Shown here: piece by piece, positions 22,500-33,539 of the stretch | How the letters are laid out: each line of letters starts with the position of its first letter | Numbering within the stretch: position 1 is the stretch's first letter | Origin: an uncultured Hormoscilla sp. | Lineage (GTDB): Bacteria; Cyanobacteriota; Cyanobacteriia; Cyanobacteriales; Desertifilaceae | Direction of reading: 5' to 3' | DNA: 64,000 nucleotides | NCBI GenBank assembly: GCA_963921275.4 | Contig: OZ001293.3 | Coordinates: 2,784,001-2,848,000 of the forward strand | Notes under the pieces: model-generated | Database searches by the model: none | Told to the model about the DNA's origin: nothing | The model's input: only the letters and a program-made list of their open reading frames with translations | Position numbers and translations under genes: made by a program

Positions 22500-23163
22500 C
22501 TATACTCCGATAGCGCTGCGCTGGGGGCGCAGCCTAGGGTGTTCACTCTGGGGCTTGAGCTGGTGGATGGAGTTCATGCATAATCTGTGTCAGGATGTTA
22601 CCGGCCCCATGATACAAGGATCCCTTAGCTCAATCGAGCGTCTGGTCAAAAAATTCGGCGCCAAGCCGCGATCTTTGGAAACCCAGGGCCATAGAGTTGC
22701 AAAAGAAACTCTGGGCCCTGGGCCCAAGAGATTTGGATTCGAGATGAGCGAGAAAAGTCGAGAGCGAGTGTAACGCCGGGCCAAAACTGCCGAACAAATC
22801 ATTCGAGAGTACCGCACAGCCGAAAAAAATCAAGCCATGCAACTGTCCGACAAGCCAGATGCCGTTCCCCAGACGGCTGCCAGCGAGGTTGGCTCTGGAG
22901 ATAATGAGCCAAGTCAGTGTTCTGCTGCACGAGGCCATCACTATGGTGTGTTTATTATTCACTTAGCGGTAGCATTTGTGGTGGAGAGCTTGAACAGTTT
23001 CAGGGGAGCTGCCCGGAATTTTTCCCTGTTGGGTCAGTATTTTCCCCTGGCCTGCCCCAGCTATAGCAGTATTCGCGGCTTGGGTGTTAAGAGTGGATCT
23101 GTACGAACTGCAACGCCGTCGGGAAAATCGCCGCGACTGGTTATTTATCATAGATATGACTAT

Positions 23164-23560
23164 GTGCGATTCGTTTAGGATAAAATGACTTGACACAAGT
23201 CAAAGATTGGGAACACTAGCAGGGGATCATTAGCCCTGACAACTTATAGATGATGGTGGTGAAAGCCCACCCATCCAGGTGCTGGATTGACAGCATAACC
23301 CCGACGGTAGCGATGGCATCAATCCGTAAAGCGGGGTTAAAAGGCGCTCTGACTGGTAGCCTAAAACCGGTCAAGGTCGAGCAAGTAGTCATGATGAGCG
23401 AAAGCAAAGACTTGTAAGTGTCGTAAATCTAAACCAGCGAAAAGGCTGAAACGCTGGCCCAAAAGGGAAAGGATAATGACCGTTGGCAAATGGAGTCTTG
23501 ACCAACAAGCACCGGCAATAAACCCGGCATATAAAAGTCCATCTAAAACTACAAACAATT
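23164..23560 (+). mobile_element. Group II intron 5' fragment (domain I)
   Basis: Starts GTGCGATTCGTTTAG; colinear with the reverse complement of about 19195-19582. Confidence 0.85.
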
Positions 23561-23686
23561 AAGCTGACGAGTGAGCTGAGCGAGCGCAGCCCTGGAAACG
23601 GTCCCATTTACTGCGGTTTCCGATTGGTATCGCTCTGTCTTTGGCCTCTCTGCCGCGGGCATTGCGTCGAGCTGTTTTTCAGGGGG

Positions 23687-23927
23687 CTAGAGCGTCGGTC
23701 CAGTAGAACTTCTTTATCGCTGCGCCCCCCGGAGCGTAGCGTGGCGCAGCCATGCGCAGCGCTATGGGTAAAGTGATGAAGGACTGAGGGGGTGAGGGGG
23801 TTTCGATATCTCTGCTCCTTGCTCTTGTCCCAGGGTCCATACGGCACACAGGAGAGATCGATGAGAAAATGTTTATTTTTCGTTGATTCACAGATATTTG
23901 AGTATTATTAATGGACCGATGCTCTAG
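23687..23927. mobile_element. MITE with ctagagcgtcggtcca ends (copy 1)
   Basis: Terminal inverted repeats bounded by CTAG; same ends at 41254-41457. Confidence 0.85.
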
Positions 23928-24137
23928 GCAAGACACAGAATATGCATGAACTTTTAGGGGGAAAATCCCCCCAAAGTGAACACCCTAGGCGCAGCCATAG
24001 CGGTCAGCTTCACAATCCGGTCTCGGCTGATATACTTTCGGAGTAATTCTGAAGAGATTATTGAAAATTTGATTCTGGAGACGAAAACTGATAGAACCAG
24101 CAGCATCGATTGTAGTGAACCCACTCTTAATTAAGCA

Positions 24138-24908
24138 ATGTTATCTATGTTAACACTAGAACCAAACAAATACCAACCCCAGGTAAAAATGGGGCGGGTT
24201 CTGGTGGTCGAAGACGAAGAATTAATCCGCGAAACCATTGCTCTCACTCTCAGTGACGAAGGGTTTGACGTGCTGACTGCAGCCGATGGGAGCAGTGTGT
24301 TAGAACTGACGCACGCCGCTCGCTGCTGCGGCACGGGAGGTAAAAGTAAAATTGCCCAACTGGACGCGATCGTGCTTGACTTGATGCTACCCTATGTCAA
24401 TGGGCTGGATTTATGTCGCTTGCTCCGTCATGAGGGCTACATGGTACCGATTCTGATCCTGAGTGCTAAAAGCAGTGAAACAGACCGAGTGGTAGGTTTA
24501 GAGGTGGGTGCTGATGATTATCTGACTAAACCCTTCGGGATGCGGGAGTTGGTTGCCCGGGTCCGGGCGCTGTTGCGGCGTAACCGCTACCCTCTACCTC
24601 AGACGAGGCCGAGCGTACTGAAATTTAAGGAAGTTACGCTATATCCGACTGAGTGTCGGGTGATGGTACGAGGAGAGGAGATTAATCTATCTCCCAAGGA
24701 ATTCCGGATTCTAGAATTGTTTATGTCTCATCCCCGCCGGGTATGGTCGAGAGACCAGCTGATAGAACGGGTATGGGAACCGGATTTTATGGGGGATAGC
24801 AAAACCGTGGACGTGCATATCCGCTGGCTGAGAGAAAAACTAGAAGTTGACCCCAGTCGCCCGGAATATCTGCTGACGGTACGGGGATTTGGCTATCGTA
24901 TGGGTTAA
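24138..24908 (+). CDS. sphR: OmpR/PhoB-family response regulator (SphR-like)
   Basis: VVEDE, LDLMLP, GADDYLTKPF and TVDVHIRWLREK; paired with a PhoR-like kinase. Confidence 0.8.
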   Translation: MLSMLTLEPNKYQPQVKMGRVLVVEDEELIRETIALTLSDEGFDVLTAADGSSVLELTHAARCCGTGGKSKIAQLDAIVLDLMLPYVNGLDLCRLLRHEGYMVPILILSAKSSETDRVVGLEVGADDYLTKPFGMRELVARVRALLRRNRYPLPQTRPSVLKFKEVTLYPTECRVMVRGEEINLSPKEFRILELFMSHPRRVWSRDQLIERVWEPDFMGDSKTVDVHIRWLREKLEVDPSRPEYLLTVRGFGYRMG

Positions 24909-24980
24909 GAATTGATTGTTGATTTTTTAATTCTCCATTCTCCATTCTCCATTTATGAACTATAAACCACTAAAATAACA

Positions 24981-26255
24981 GTGTTTCTGGGATTAATATT
25001 GGGATTATTGATGGGTTTGGCTCTATTTATGTGGTGGAGAGCGCGACTCTACGCCGAACTGCAAAAGGTGCTGCCAAATAAATCTGACTCCCCATCCCGA
25101 TTCTCGATATCTCGGCTGTTATCGACGATCACCCATCTTCATCAAACTTGCTGCCAGCTGGAACAGGAAATAAATAACTGGAAACAACTTCTTCAGGTTG
25201 CCCCGATCGGCTATCTACAAGTGGATGACCAAAATCAACTGTTGTGGTGTAACCAACAAGCCTGTCAGCTGCTCTGCCTGCAACTACCGGCATCACCTCG
25301 TCTGTTATTGGAAGTTGTCCGCTGTTATGAATTGGATCATCTGATCGGACAGACCCGAGATTCTCAAAAGCCTTGCCAGCAGGAATGGATGCTTTATCCT
25401 ACCTGTGACTATGTAAGGGAGGTAAAATACGATCGGCCTCCCTTTGTCTTGCGGGGGTATGGGATATCCTTACCCAAGGAGCAGGTGGGCGTGTTCCTGG
25501 AAAACCGGCAAGAAGTGGCTGTTTTATCCGGACAACGCGATCGGGCTTTTTCTGATGTCGCCCACGAACTAAAAACGCCCTTGACTTCTATCCGTCTGGT
25601 AGCGGAAACTCTCATCTCGAGGCTTGACCCTCCCCTGCGCAACTGGATAGACCGCTTGCTCTTTGAGGTGATTCGACTCAGCGACCTGGTAGAGATATTA
25701 CTGGATCTTGGTCGCCTGGAAAAGAGGGCTTACCATTCCCTCAACCTGAAAACCCTAGATTTGCCAGCACTGATCTCGTCGGCTTGGTTGAGTCTGGAAC
25801 CCCTGGCCCGCAAAAAACAGCTACAATTATACTACACTGGTCCTGAGAGTCTGATGATTCAAGCTGACGAACAGCGGATCTACCGGGTGCTGATTAATTT
25901 ATTAGATAACAGTATAAAATATAACATACAAGCAGGAGAAATTAAAGTAAAACTCAGGCCCACAGATCGGCAGATCCAGATAGAAGTGATCGATCGGGGT
26001 ACGGGTTTTACCGAAAGTGAATTACCCTATGTATTTGAGCGGTTCTATCGGGGGGATCCATCCCGTGCCCGCAGTGCGACCGCCAATGTGACTGGCGAGA
26101 TCCGGCCGGACTTACTGTCCACTAATGGTAGTGGTTTAGGTCTGGCGATCGTGCGACAAATTATTGAAGCTCATCAGGGCTATGTGAGGGCAAGTAACCA
26201 TCCGGAAACCGGCGGTGCCTGGTTAGAGGTGTTTCTACCAAGGCAGCAACCGTAG
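24981..26255 (+). CDS. sphS: PhoR/SphS-like PAS histidine kinase
   Basis: DVAHELKTPL H-box, NLLDNSIKY, FERFYRGD and GSGLGL. Confidence 0.8.
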   Translation: MFLGLILGLLMGLALFMWWRARLYAELQKVLPNKSDSPSRFSISRLLSTITHLHQTCCQLEQEINNWKQLLQVAPIGYLQVDDQNQLLWCNQQACQLLCLQLPASPRLLLEVVRCYELDHLIGQTRDSQKPCQQEWMLYPTCDYVREVKYDRPPFVLRGYGISLPKEQVGVFLENRQEVAVLSGQRDRAFSDVAHELKTPLTSIRLVAETLISRLDPPLRNWIDRLLFEVIRLSDLVEILLDLGRLEKRAYHSLNLKTLDLPALISSAWLSLEPLARKKQLQLYYTGPESLMIQADEQRIYRVLINLLDNSIKYNIQAGEIKVKLRPTDRQIQIEVIDRGTGFTESELPYVFERFYRGDPSRARSATANVTGEIRPDLLSTNGSGLGLAIVRQIIEAHQGYVRASNHPETGGAWLEVFLPRQQP

Positions 26256-26426
26256 CCAGGTAAAGACTAATTGAAAATTAGCGCAGGCGTAGCCGTGTAT
26301 TCCCAGACGGGAGCCAGGGAACGAGGAAAATTGACAACGGACAACTGATAACTGATATGCTCCGGATTTGAAAACCCTTCAGTGTAATATTTATCCAAGT
26401 ATGAGCTGTACTACCGCAGTCTAGCT

Positions 26427-27173
26427 ATGGATGAAAGACTACAGAAAATTCTCTCCCAGTGCGGGATCGCCTCTAGGCGTGAAGCGGAAAAAATGATCCT
26501 GGCAGGCCGGGTCTGTATAAATGGTGTTGTGGTTAGCCAACTAGGGCAAAAAGCCAATCCCCTACGAGATGATATAGAAGTGGATGGTGTGCCCCTGGAC
26601 GCTGCCAATCGTCCAGGACAGCGGTATCTTTTACTTAACAAACCAGCTGGAGTAATATCTACTTGCTGGGATGCTAGAGGGCGGACTACAGTGCTCTCTT
26701 TGCTGTCAGACAGCCTGAAAGCTAGCACTGGCATACATCCTGTCGGACGCCTGGATGCAGATAGTACAGGAGCACTACTGCTCACGAACGATGGGGATCT
26801 GACTTTCCGTCTGACTCATCCGCGCCATAGCGTTCCTAAAACATATCGGGTTTGGGTGCAGGGTTTTCCATCCCAGGAGATACTGCACCAATGGCGCAGG
26901 GGAGTTATGCTGTCGGGTAGGATAACATTGCCATCTGAAGTCCGACTGCTGAAGCGATCGCCCCAAGGAGATCGGACTCTTTTAGAGGTGATTCTCACTG
27001 AAGGCAGAAACCGACAAATCCGACGAGTGGCTGAACAGCTAGGATATCCAGTTGTTCATTTACATCGTATCGCTATTGGTAAGATTCAATTGCAACAGCT
27101 GCGTCCTGGCGCTTACCGTCCCCTCAAAGATTTTGAAGTTAAGGCCCTCAAGAAATTAACCAGGCGCGGATGA
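26427..27173 (+). CDS. RsuA/RluB-family pseudouridine synthase
   Basis: S4 domain, VGRLDADSTG and EGRNRQIRR. Confidence 0.93.
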   Translation: MDERLQKILSQCGIASRREAEKMILAGRVCINGVVVSQLGQKANPLRDDIEVDGVPLDAANRPGQRYLLLNKPAGVISTCWDARGRTTVLSLLSDSLKASTGIHPVGRLDADSTGALLLTNDGDLTFRLTHPRHSVPKTYRVWVQGFPSQEILHQWRRGVMLSGRITLPSEVRLLKRSPQGDRTLLEVILTEGRNRQIRRVAEQLGYPVVHLHRIAIGKIQLQQLRPGAYRPLKDFEVKALKKLTRRG

Positions 27174-28042
27174 GGCCCATGGCAATGGTGGAGGAGTGCA
27201 ACCTATCTATGAAAAAAAATAAACAGGAATTATCCTATTTCGAGCGCCAAACCAGAGCGGATATCTTGGCAGAACTGGGGTCTATACTGTGCGAGTTGCG
27301 GCAAAAACAGTCTATCAGTATCGAGCAGCTCGCGACTAAGACAGGCATTATGCGGCGTCAACTGCTGGCGATCGAGTCAGGTGAACTGGATCGCTTGCCC
27401 GAGCCAATCTACATTCAGTATTTTATCAAGCGATATGCTTCGGTCCTGGGCTTGAATGGAACTGAGTTTGCGAGTGCTTTTCCTACTGACGGATATCTGA
27501 GACCGCCAATGCCAGACTGGAGTTATTTGCTAGCTCCTCAGTTGCGGCCCATTCACCTTTACTTTCTCTATATATTTGTGATTTTTGTCTCGCTCCATGG
27601 TCTGTCTTACATCATAAACCACCCTTTAAACCAAAATAACATCCTTTACGTTCAGCAGCCTGACGAACCTCCGATATCTCTGGGGAGCGCTAATCGCACT
27701 ACACCAGAGACATCGTCATCTGCTCCTCCAGAGCTGTCAAAGAAGGCTATACCGGTGGGGCACCGGAGGTCCGATTTTTCCGGCACGGTGCCAGTGCGGG
27801 TGACCATGACGATGGATGCGGACTCCTGGCTGTGGATAGAAGCAGATGGGAAAACCGAGTTTGAGGGCAAAATGCCCAAGGGGTCTGAGCGCACTTGGGT
27901 GGCTTCTCAACAGCTGATTATCCGCGCTGGTAATGCTGGCGGGGTGCGGATCGCCCTTAATGATGGGCTTTCTCAGAAACTGGGTGAACCTAATGTTGTC
28001 GAAGAAGTGACTTTTAAGGTTCCTCCCAAATCCAGAATTTAA
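27170..28042 (+). CDS. rodZ: RodZ-like protein (HTH, TM, C-terminal DUF4115-like domain)
   Basis: AIESGELDRLPEPIY and IRAGNAGGV; start may lie further downstream. Confidence 0.8.
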   Translation: MRPMAMVEECNLSMKKNKQELSYFERQTRADILAELGSILCELRQKQSISIEQLATKTGIMRRQLLAIESGELDRLPEPIYIQYFIKRYASVLGLNGTEFASAFPTDGYLRPPMPDWSYLLAPQLRPIHLYFLYIFVIFVSLHGLSYIINHPLNQNNILYVQQPDEPPISLGSANRTTPETSSSAPPELSKKAIPVGHRRSDFSGTVPVRVTMTMDADSWLWIEADGKTEFEGKMPKGSERTWVASQQLIIRAGNAGGVRIALNDGLSQKLGEPNVVEEVTFKVPPKSRI

Positions 28043-28046
28043 CCTA

Positions 28047-29597
28047 TTATTTCTCCTCTTTATCCTTATCCTCCTTATCTTCCTTATCCTCTTGCTGGGG
28101 CTGTGGTGCCCTGCCGTAGGTTTCGGTCATCTGTTTGAGGCGTGAACTTAACCACTCGCTCAATGAATCCTGTCGGTAGCGCCAGGCCCAGTTGCCCTCA
28201 GCTAACCCGGGAAAGTTCATCCGGGCATTACTGTCTAATCCTAAGTAATCCTGCAAGGGAACGATCGCCCAGTCTGCGACAGAGGAGAGGGCGATTCTGA
28301 TTAAATCCCAATGGATCCCGTCGGGACTGACATGACCGATATAACGCAAGACAGCATCTCTTTCCCAGTCTGCGAGTTCATTAAACCAACCCACAGTGGT
28401 GTCATTGTCGTGGGTGCCAGTGTAAACCAGACAGTTGCGCGGCAAGTTGAAGGGCAAAAACGGATTGCCAGGGCCCGAACCAAAGGCAAAATGCAAAACT
28501 TTCATGCCTGGAAATCCAAACTTGTCTCGTAGTTCTTCCACTTTTGGGGTAATTACGCCCAAATCTTCTGCCAAAACCGGTAGCTTGCCTAATTTTTGCT
28601 TCAATGTCTCAAAGAAGGCGTCCCCTGGAGCCTTCATCCACTCCCCGTTGATGGCGGTGGTTTCGCCCTGGGGTACCGCCCAGTACCCCTCGAACCCCAG
28701 GAAGTGGTCGATGCGAATCCAATCTACATAGTCCAGCATGGCCTGAAACCGCTGAATCCACCACTGGAAACCAGTTTTCTGCAAGTTTTTCCAATCATAG
28801 ATGGGGTTGCCCCATAGCTGACCCGTCTCGCTGAAGTAATCTGGTGGCACGCCGGCCATCAAAGTAGCTTCTCCTGTCTTCTCATCCAGGCAAAAGGTTT
28901 CTGGATGGGCCCACACGTCGGCGCTATCGTGAGCGACGTAGATGGGAATATCGCCAACAATCTCGACACCCTTGGAGTTGGCGTAGGATTTCAGTTCACT
29001 CCACTGCCGGAAAAACTCAAACTGGATATATTTGTAGTAAAATACTTTCTTGCTCAGATTTTGTTGCCACTTTTTGAGTGCTGTGGGTTGGCGTTTGGCA
29101 ATTTCTGGTGCCCATGTATTCCAGGCTGCTCCTTCATTGGCGTCTTTGAGGGCCATGTATAAGGCATAGTCGTCTAGCCAGCTGGCCTTCGTCTGGCAAA
29201 ACTGCTCAAATTCTTTGCGCATCTTAGCTGATGCTTGGGCTTGGAAGTTGGAGCAGGCTTTCTGCAACAGGGGGATTTTGACTTTTATCGCCCGATCGAA
29301 GTCTACTGTATCGATGGGAAATTCTGGCAGATTGGCCAAGTCTTCTTCTGCCAGTAATCCCTCTTCCAGTAGCTTTTCCGGGCCGAGCAGCATTGGGTTG
29401 CCAGCCATCGCCCCATAGGACATGTAGGGAGAGTTGCCAAATCCTGTCGGACCTAAGGGCAAGACTTGCCACACTTGCTGTAAACTCTCTGCGAGAAAAT
29501 CTATGAAGCGATAGGCTTCATCGCCTAAGTCCCCAATGCCAAAGCGGCTGGGAAAGCTGGTGGGATGCAGCAAAATGCCACTACGTCTGATATTCAT
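28047..29597 (-). CDS. malQ: 4-alpha-glucanotransferase (GH77)
   Basis: SGILLHPTS, RIDHF, AEDLG and YTGTHDNDT. Confidence 0.95.
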   Translation of the reverse strand: MNIRRSGILLHPTSFPSRFGIGDLGDEAYRFIDFLAESLQQVWQVLPLGPTGFGNSPYMSYGAMAGNPMLLGPEKLLEEGLLAEEDLANLPEFPIDTVDFDRAIKVKIPLLQKACSNFQAQASAKMRKEFEQFCQTKASWLDDYALYMALKDANEGAAWNTWAPEIAKRQPTALKKWQQNLSKKVFYYKYIQFEFFRQWSELKSYANSKGVEIVGDIPIYVAHDSADVWAHPETFCLDEKTGEATLMAGVPPDYFSETGQLWGNPIYDWKNLQKTGFQWWIQRFQAMLDYVDWIRIDHFLGFEGYWAVPQGETTAINGEWMKAPGDAFFETLKQKLGKLPVLAEDLGVITPKVEELRDKFGFPGMKVLHFAFGSGPGNPFLPFNLPRNCLVYTGTHDNDTTVGWFNELADWERDAVLRYIGHVSPDGIHWDLIRIALSSVADWAIVPLQDYLGLDSNARMNFPGLAEGNWAWRYRQDSLSEWLSSRLKQMTETYGRAPQPQQEDKEDKEDKDKEEK

Positions 29598-29761
29598 ATC
29601 TTCCCTGGGATCGAGGTCGGAAACTTTCTGAGCTTATCATAAGTAGTCAGTTGTTAGGGACTTGCGCAAAAATAGAGTACCGCTCATACCATCAATTTCT
29701 CTCAAGCGCTAGCAATCTCCTAGAGATCTGTCGGTTGGGAGATTGCTTCGGGGTCTGTTGG

Positions 29762-30156
29762 GGGTGTGGTCAAAAGTAGTTGAATTATACTTTGAAAGGG
29801 ATCGACTTGCGCGAAAGAGGAATTGAATGTGTCATTGCGAGGGGGGAATCCCTGACCGCTATTGTAGGGAATACTAGCGGATCCCCCCGAAGCAATCTCC
29901 TAAAGGGCGCGTGGAGATTGCTAGCTGGACTGCATCGGGCCGCTGCGAAGGCCGGAGGGTGTTACTCTTAACTTACAAGGATCTCTCAATTTGCCCCCCC
30001 CTCGCTCCGGACATTTGCTTAGGGTTTTTGCTCTTCAAGATATGGCCCTAAGAGCAAAGGGACCCTTCGCAGTATAGTAGAGAATCAATGCTCGGGAGGA
30101 CCGGTGAAATAGTCAGAATTTGACCTTTTCAAAACCAACTGGTTTTGACCACACCC
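29762..30156. mobile_element. 395-bp MITE with 9-bp TSD inside a repeat nest
   Basis: TIR gggtgtggtcaaaa..agttg; TSD GTCTGTTGG at 29753-61 and 30157-65. Confidence 0.85.
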
Positions 30157-30652
30157 GTCTGTTGGTGGAGTTCCCTTTCCGGAACGGTTTGGGATCCCCC
30201 CCTCGCAATGACAGCTTAGGGACTTGCGCCCAAATAGAGTACCGGTCATACCATCAATTTCTCGAAGGAGTAGTTAAATCATTGGTACATTATTAAAACC
30301 GCGAGTCCTTTAGTAGTCAGTTGTCAGTTGTCAGTAGACAGGATGCTCGAAATCCTCACAGATCGATGGTTAAGGGTTTCAGCCAATTTGACAATCCTTG
30401 ACACGGTACAAAAACTTATGTATGACTACTTAGTTAGCACGACAATGACCGGATTTCCCTCTTGTTAATCCCTGGATAAATTTGGGCGGTGACAAATGTC
30501 AAAATCATACCTGATTTGGGGTTGGTACGATCGGCGGCAGATTCGATCGGGATTGATGTTGACTTGGGAGCATTTTACCATGAGCATAAAAATATTCCAT
30601 AAAATGGGCAAGGTGCGTTGCATTTTTGTTCACGAGTAGGTAGAAAACTGAT

Positions 30653-31081
30653 ATGAATTATCGCAATCCGGCACCGACAGTTGATATTATTATAGAGCTG
30701 ATTGACCAATCCCAACGCCCGATCGTGCTGATTGAGCGGAAAAATCCTCCCCACGGTTGGGCGATCCCAGGCGGTTTTGTCGATTACGGGGAATCGGTAC
30801 AGACGGCGGCGATTCGAGAGGCGAAGGAGGAGACTCGGTTGCAGGTGAAGTTGACTGAACAATTTCATGTCTATTCTGAACCCGATCGGGACCCGCGTCA
30901 ACATACTCTCAGCGTGGTGCTGCTGGGGACTGCGACGGGTAAACCCCAAGCAGCTGATGATGCTAAGGAGGTGAGGGTGTTTGAGTTATGGGAAATTCCC
31001 TCTAATCTATGTTTTGACCATGACCAAATTATGAAGGATTACTGGCTCTATCGCAATTATGGGATCCGCCCTAGATTGTGA
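30653..31081 (+). CDS. NUDIX hydrolase
   Basis: PGGFVDYGE...[11 protein letters not shown]udix box; RDPR. Confidence 0.93.
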   Translation: MNYRNPAPTVDIIIELIDQSQRPIVLIERKNPPHGWAIPGGFVDYGESVQTAAIREAKEETRLQVKLTEQFHVYSEPDRDPRQHTLSVVLLGTATGKPQAADDAKEVRVFELWEIPSNLCFDHDQIMKDYWLYRNYGIRPRL

Positions 31082-31306
31082 CCAGTACCAGGAAGTAGGG
31101 CATTGCTAGCACCGGCACAGTCCGATGGCAGGGTCAAGACCCGTTATGGCGATCGGGTCAAAGTGAATGCTCCCGGGAAGTGGTAGGATAATGCCTGTGC
31201 GGTTTCTCCTGGGTAGTGCGAGTACGATGCGGGTAGTGCGACTAGCGCTCTCGGGAGGCATCGAGCGACCAGGAGACGCCGCTAGGAGAAATATATAAGG
31301 GGAAAT

Positions 31307-31696
31307 ATGACTTGTAAAGTTATTCACACCGAAAAAGCACCTGCACCTGTGGGACCATATAATCAGGCGATCGCGGCTAGCGGTCAATTGCTGTTCGTTT
31401 CTGGTCAAATTGCGATCGACCCCAGCAGCAATCAGATTGTTTACAATGATGATGTTGCCAAGCAGACTTCACGGGTGATGGCCAATCTTCAAGCTGTGCT
31501 TGAGGCGGCGGGGGCCAAGTTTGAGAATGTGGTGAAAACTACTATATTTCTTAAGGATATGAATGATTTTGCTACTGTAAATCAGGTTTATGCAGGCTAT
31601 TTCGATCCGGGAAATGCCCCGGCCCGTGCTTGTGTAGAGGCTTCCCGTTTGCCACAAGATGTGTTGGTGGAAATTGAATGTATTGCGGTGATATGA
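31307..31696 (+). CDS. RidA/YjgF-family protein
   Basis: APAPVGPY, VSGQI, PARACV and VEIECIA. Confidence 0.93.
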   Translation: MTCKVIHTEKAPAPVGPYNQAIAASGQLLFVSGQIAIDPSSNQIVYNDDVAKQTSRVMANLQAVLEAAGAKFENVVKTTIFLKDMNDFATVNQVYAGYFDPGNAPARACVEASRLPQDVLVEIECIAVI

Positions 31697-31911
31697 TGGG
31701 AGCAGGTCTTGTTTGAGAGATGGCTAATGGCTAATGGCTAATGGCTAATGTCAGTAGAGTAGGCATCGCCCACCATGCCCGATCGCTATTATATTTAGGA
31801 GAGTCTTTCGTAGGCTGGGTTTCCGAACGAAAACTAGCTGGGCTAAGCCCACAAAAAGGATCGTTCTGTCAAGAAAATTGAATTGGTGGTGGGGATGGCC
31901 CACCCGACAAA

Positions 31912-33303
31912 GTGAGAGAATTTAGATCAGGTGTACCTCTGCTTCCAGCATCTATCCAACTGCGGCGATATCAGCAAGAAGCCGTAAACAGTTGGTTTGC
32001 TAATCGAGGACGGGGTACGCTGAAAATGGCGACGGGAAGTGGGAAGACGATTACGGCACTGGCGATCGCCTCGGAATTATACCAAAAGATTGGCTTACAA
32101 GGGTTAATTGTAGTCTGTCCCTACCGCCATCTTGTTTCTCAGTGGGCGCGAGAATGTGAGAAGTTTGGTTTAGAACCAATCTTAGCTTTTGAGAATGTTC
32201 ATAATTGGCAGAGTCAACTCTCCATGCAGCTGTACAATCTCCATGGGGGCAATCATCCCTTTGTGACTGTTATCACTACTAATGCTACTTTAAGTAAAGA
32301 CGGGTTGCAATCCCAGTTGAGCTATTTTCCCGAAAAAACTCTGATTATTGGGGATGAAGCCCATAACTTGGGATCGCCGAAATTAGAGGAGAGTTTACCT
32401 TGTAACATCGGGTTGTGTCTGGCTTTGTCGGCTACGCCGGAAAGGCGTTACGATGAGTCTGGGACTGATGCGATATTAGATTATTTTGGTCCGGTTTTGC
32501 CCCCAGAACTGACCTTGGCAGATGCAATAAATCAAGGGGCATTAGTCCGCTATCTTTATTATCCAGTTTTGGTGCCCCTCACGGATGATGAAGCCTACAG
32601 CTATGCCCAGTTAACTACTAAGATCGGGTGGAATTTATCTAAATTGGATGGCAATCTTGCCTTAGAAATGGCATCAAATGATGAGTTGAAAGCTTTATTT
32701 ATGCGACGGGCCCGGTTAATTGGCGCAGCGGCCAATAAGTTAGATGCCCTCAGGCAGGTGATGCGCGATCGCCTGCATACTACTCACACCTTATTTTACT
32801 GCGGGGATGGTGGGACCGAAAGCTCTATGTCGCGGCGCAGCAGTCGCCAACTCACAGCTGTAGCGCGAATTTTGGGAGGAGAATTGGGCTATCGGGTAAA
32901 TACTTACACGGCCTCAACACCCTTAGCAGAGAGAGAAAAGTTGCGCCAACAATTTGAAAGCGGGGAGTTGCAAGGTTTAATTGCTATTCGCTGTTTAGAC
33001 GAAGGAGTAGACATTCCCGCCATTAGAAATGCGATCATTCTGGCCAGCAGCAGCAACCCGCGCCAGTTCATTCAGCGGCGGGGACGAGTTTTGCGCCCGC
33101 ACCCTGGTAAGGAACGGGCGACTCTATTTGATATGATTGTGAGGCCGCCAGAGCTGGACCGCAAGACCTGGGATGTAGAACGTAACCTGCTGCACAAGGA
33201 ATTGCGCAGGTTTGTGGAATTTGCCGATTTGGCAGATAATGCAGAGGAGGCGAGAGCAAAATTGCTCGCACTTCAGAACAAATATGAATTGTTTGATGTT
33301 TGA
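31912..33303 (+). CDS. Superfamily II helicase (often annotated as dnd-associated restriction protein)
   Basis: MATGSGKT, DEAH, LSATP, LDEGVD and QFIQRRGR. Confidence 0.9.
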   Translation: MREFRSGVPLLPASIQLRRYQQEAVNSWFANRGRGTLKMATGSGKTITALAIASELYQKIGLQGLIVVCPYRHLVSQWARECEKFGLEPILAFENVHNWQSQLSMQLYNLHGGNHPFVTVITTNATLSKDGLQSQLSYFPEKTLIIGDEAHNLGSPKLEESLPCNIGLCLALSATPERRYDESGTDAILDYFGPVLPPELTLADAINQGALVRYLYYPVLVPLTDDEAYSYAQLTTKIGWNLSKLDGNLALEMASNDELKALFMRRARLIGAAANKLDALRQVMRDRLHTTHTLFYCGDGGTESSMSRRSSRQLTAVARILGGELGYRVNTYTASTPLAEREKLRQQFESGELQGLIAIRCLDEGVDIPAIRNAIILASSSNPRQFIQRRGRVLRPHPGKERATLFDMIVRPPELDRKTWDVERNLLHKELRRFVEFADLADNAEEARAKLLALQNKYELFDV

Positions 33304-33312
33304 TGTCCGTTT

Positions 33313-33510
33313 TCATCTCGTTCCCAGGTTCTACCTGGGAATGCTCTCGGGAGGCTCTGCCTCCAGTCCCAGCAGTAGGAGGCTCTGCCTCTGCTCATCT
33401 CGTTCCCAGGTTCTACCTGGGAATGCTCTCGGGAGGCTCTGCCTCCAGTCCCAGCAGTAGGAGGCAGAGCCTCCTACTGCTGGCATTCCTTGACAGAGCT
33501 AGGGAACGAG
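33313..33510. repeat. Tandemly duplicated REP-like element (82-bp period)
   Basis: tcatctcgttcccaggttctacctgggaatgctctcgggaggctctgcctcc occurs twice. Confidence 0.9.
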
Positions 33511-33539
33511 GAAAAATCTTAAATCCAAAATGGTATGAT

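Larger units (their letters stand above)
22535..23987 (+). mobile_element. Degenerate IS with 9-bp TSD (possibly Mutator-like) containing nested elements
   Basis: TIR tagggtgttcact / agtgaacacccta; TSD GGCGCAGCC at 22526-34 and 23988-96; broken transposase-like frames. Confidence 0.8.

Noticed and set aside
26256..26426. Missing phoU after sphR/sphS
   Set aside because: phoU linkage is variable, and absence cannot be judged from one window.
28695..28716. MalQ RIDHFLG instead of RIDHFRG as an inactivating change
   Set aside because: The catalytic Asp is retained and this position varies among GH77 enzymes.
33300..33539. Repetitive N-terminus of the 163-aa ORF
   Set aside because: It is translation of the duplicated REP-like element; the likely start is 33540.
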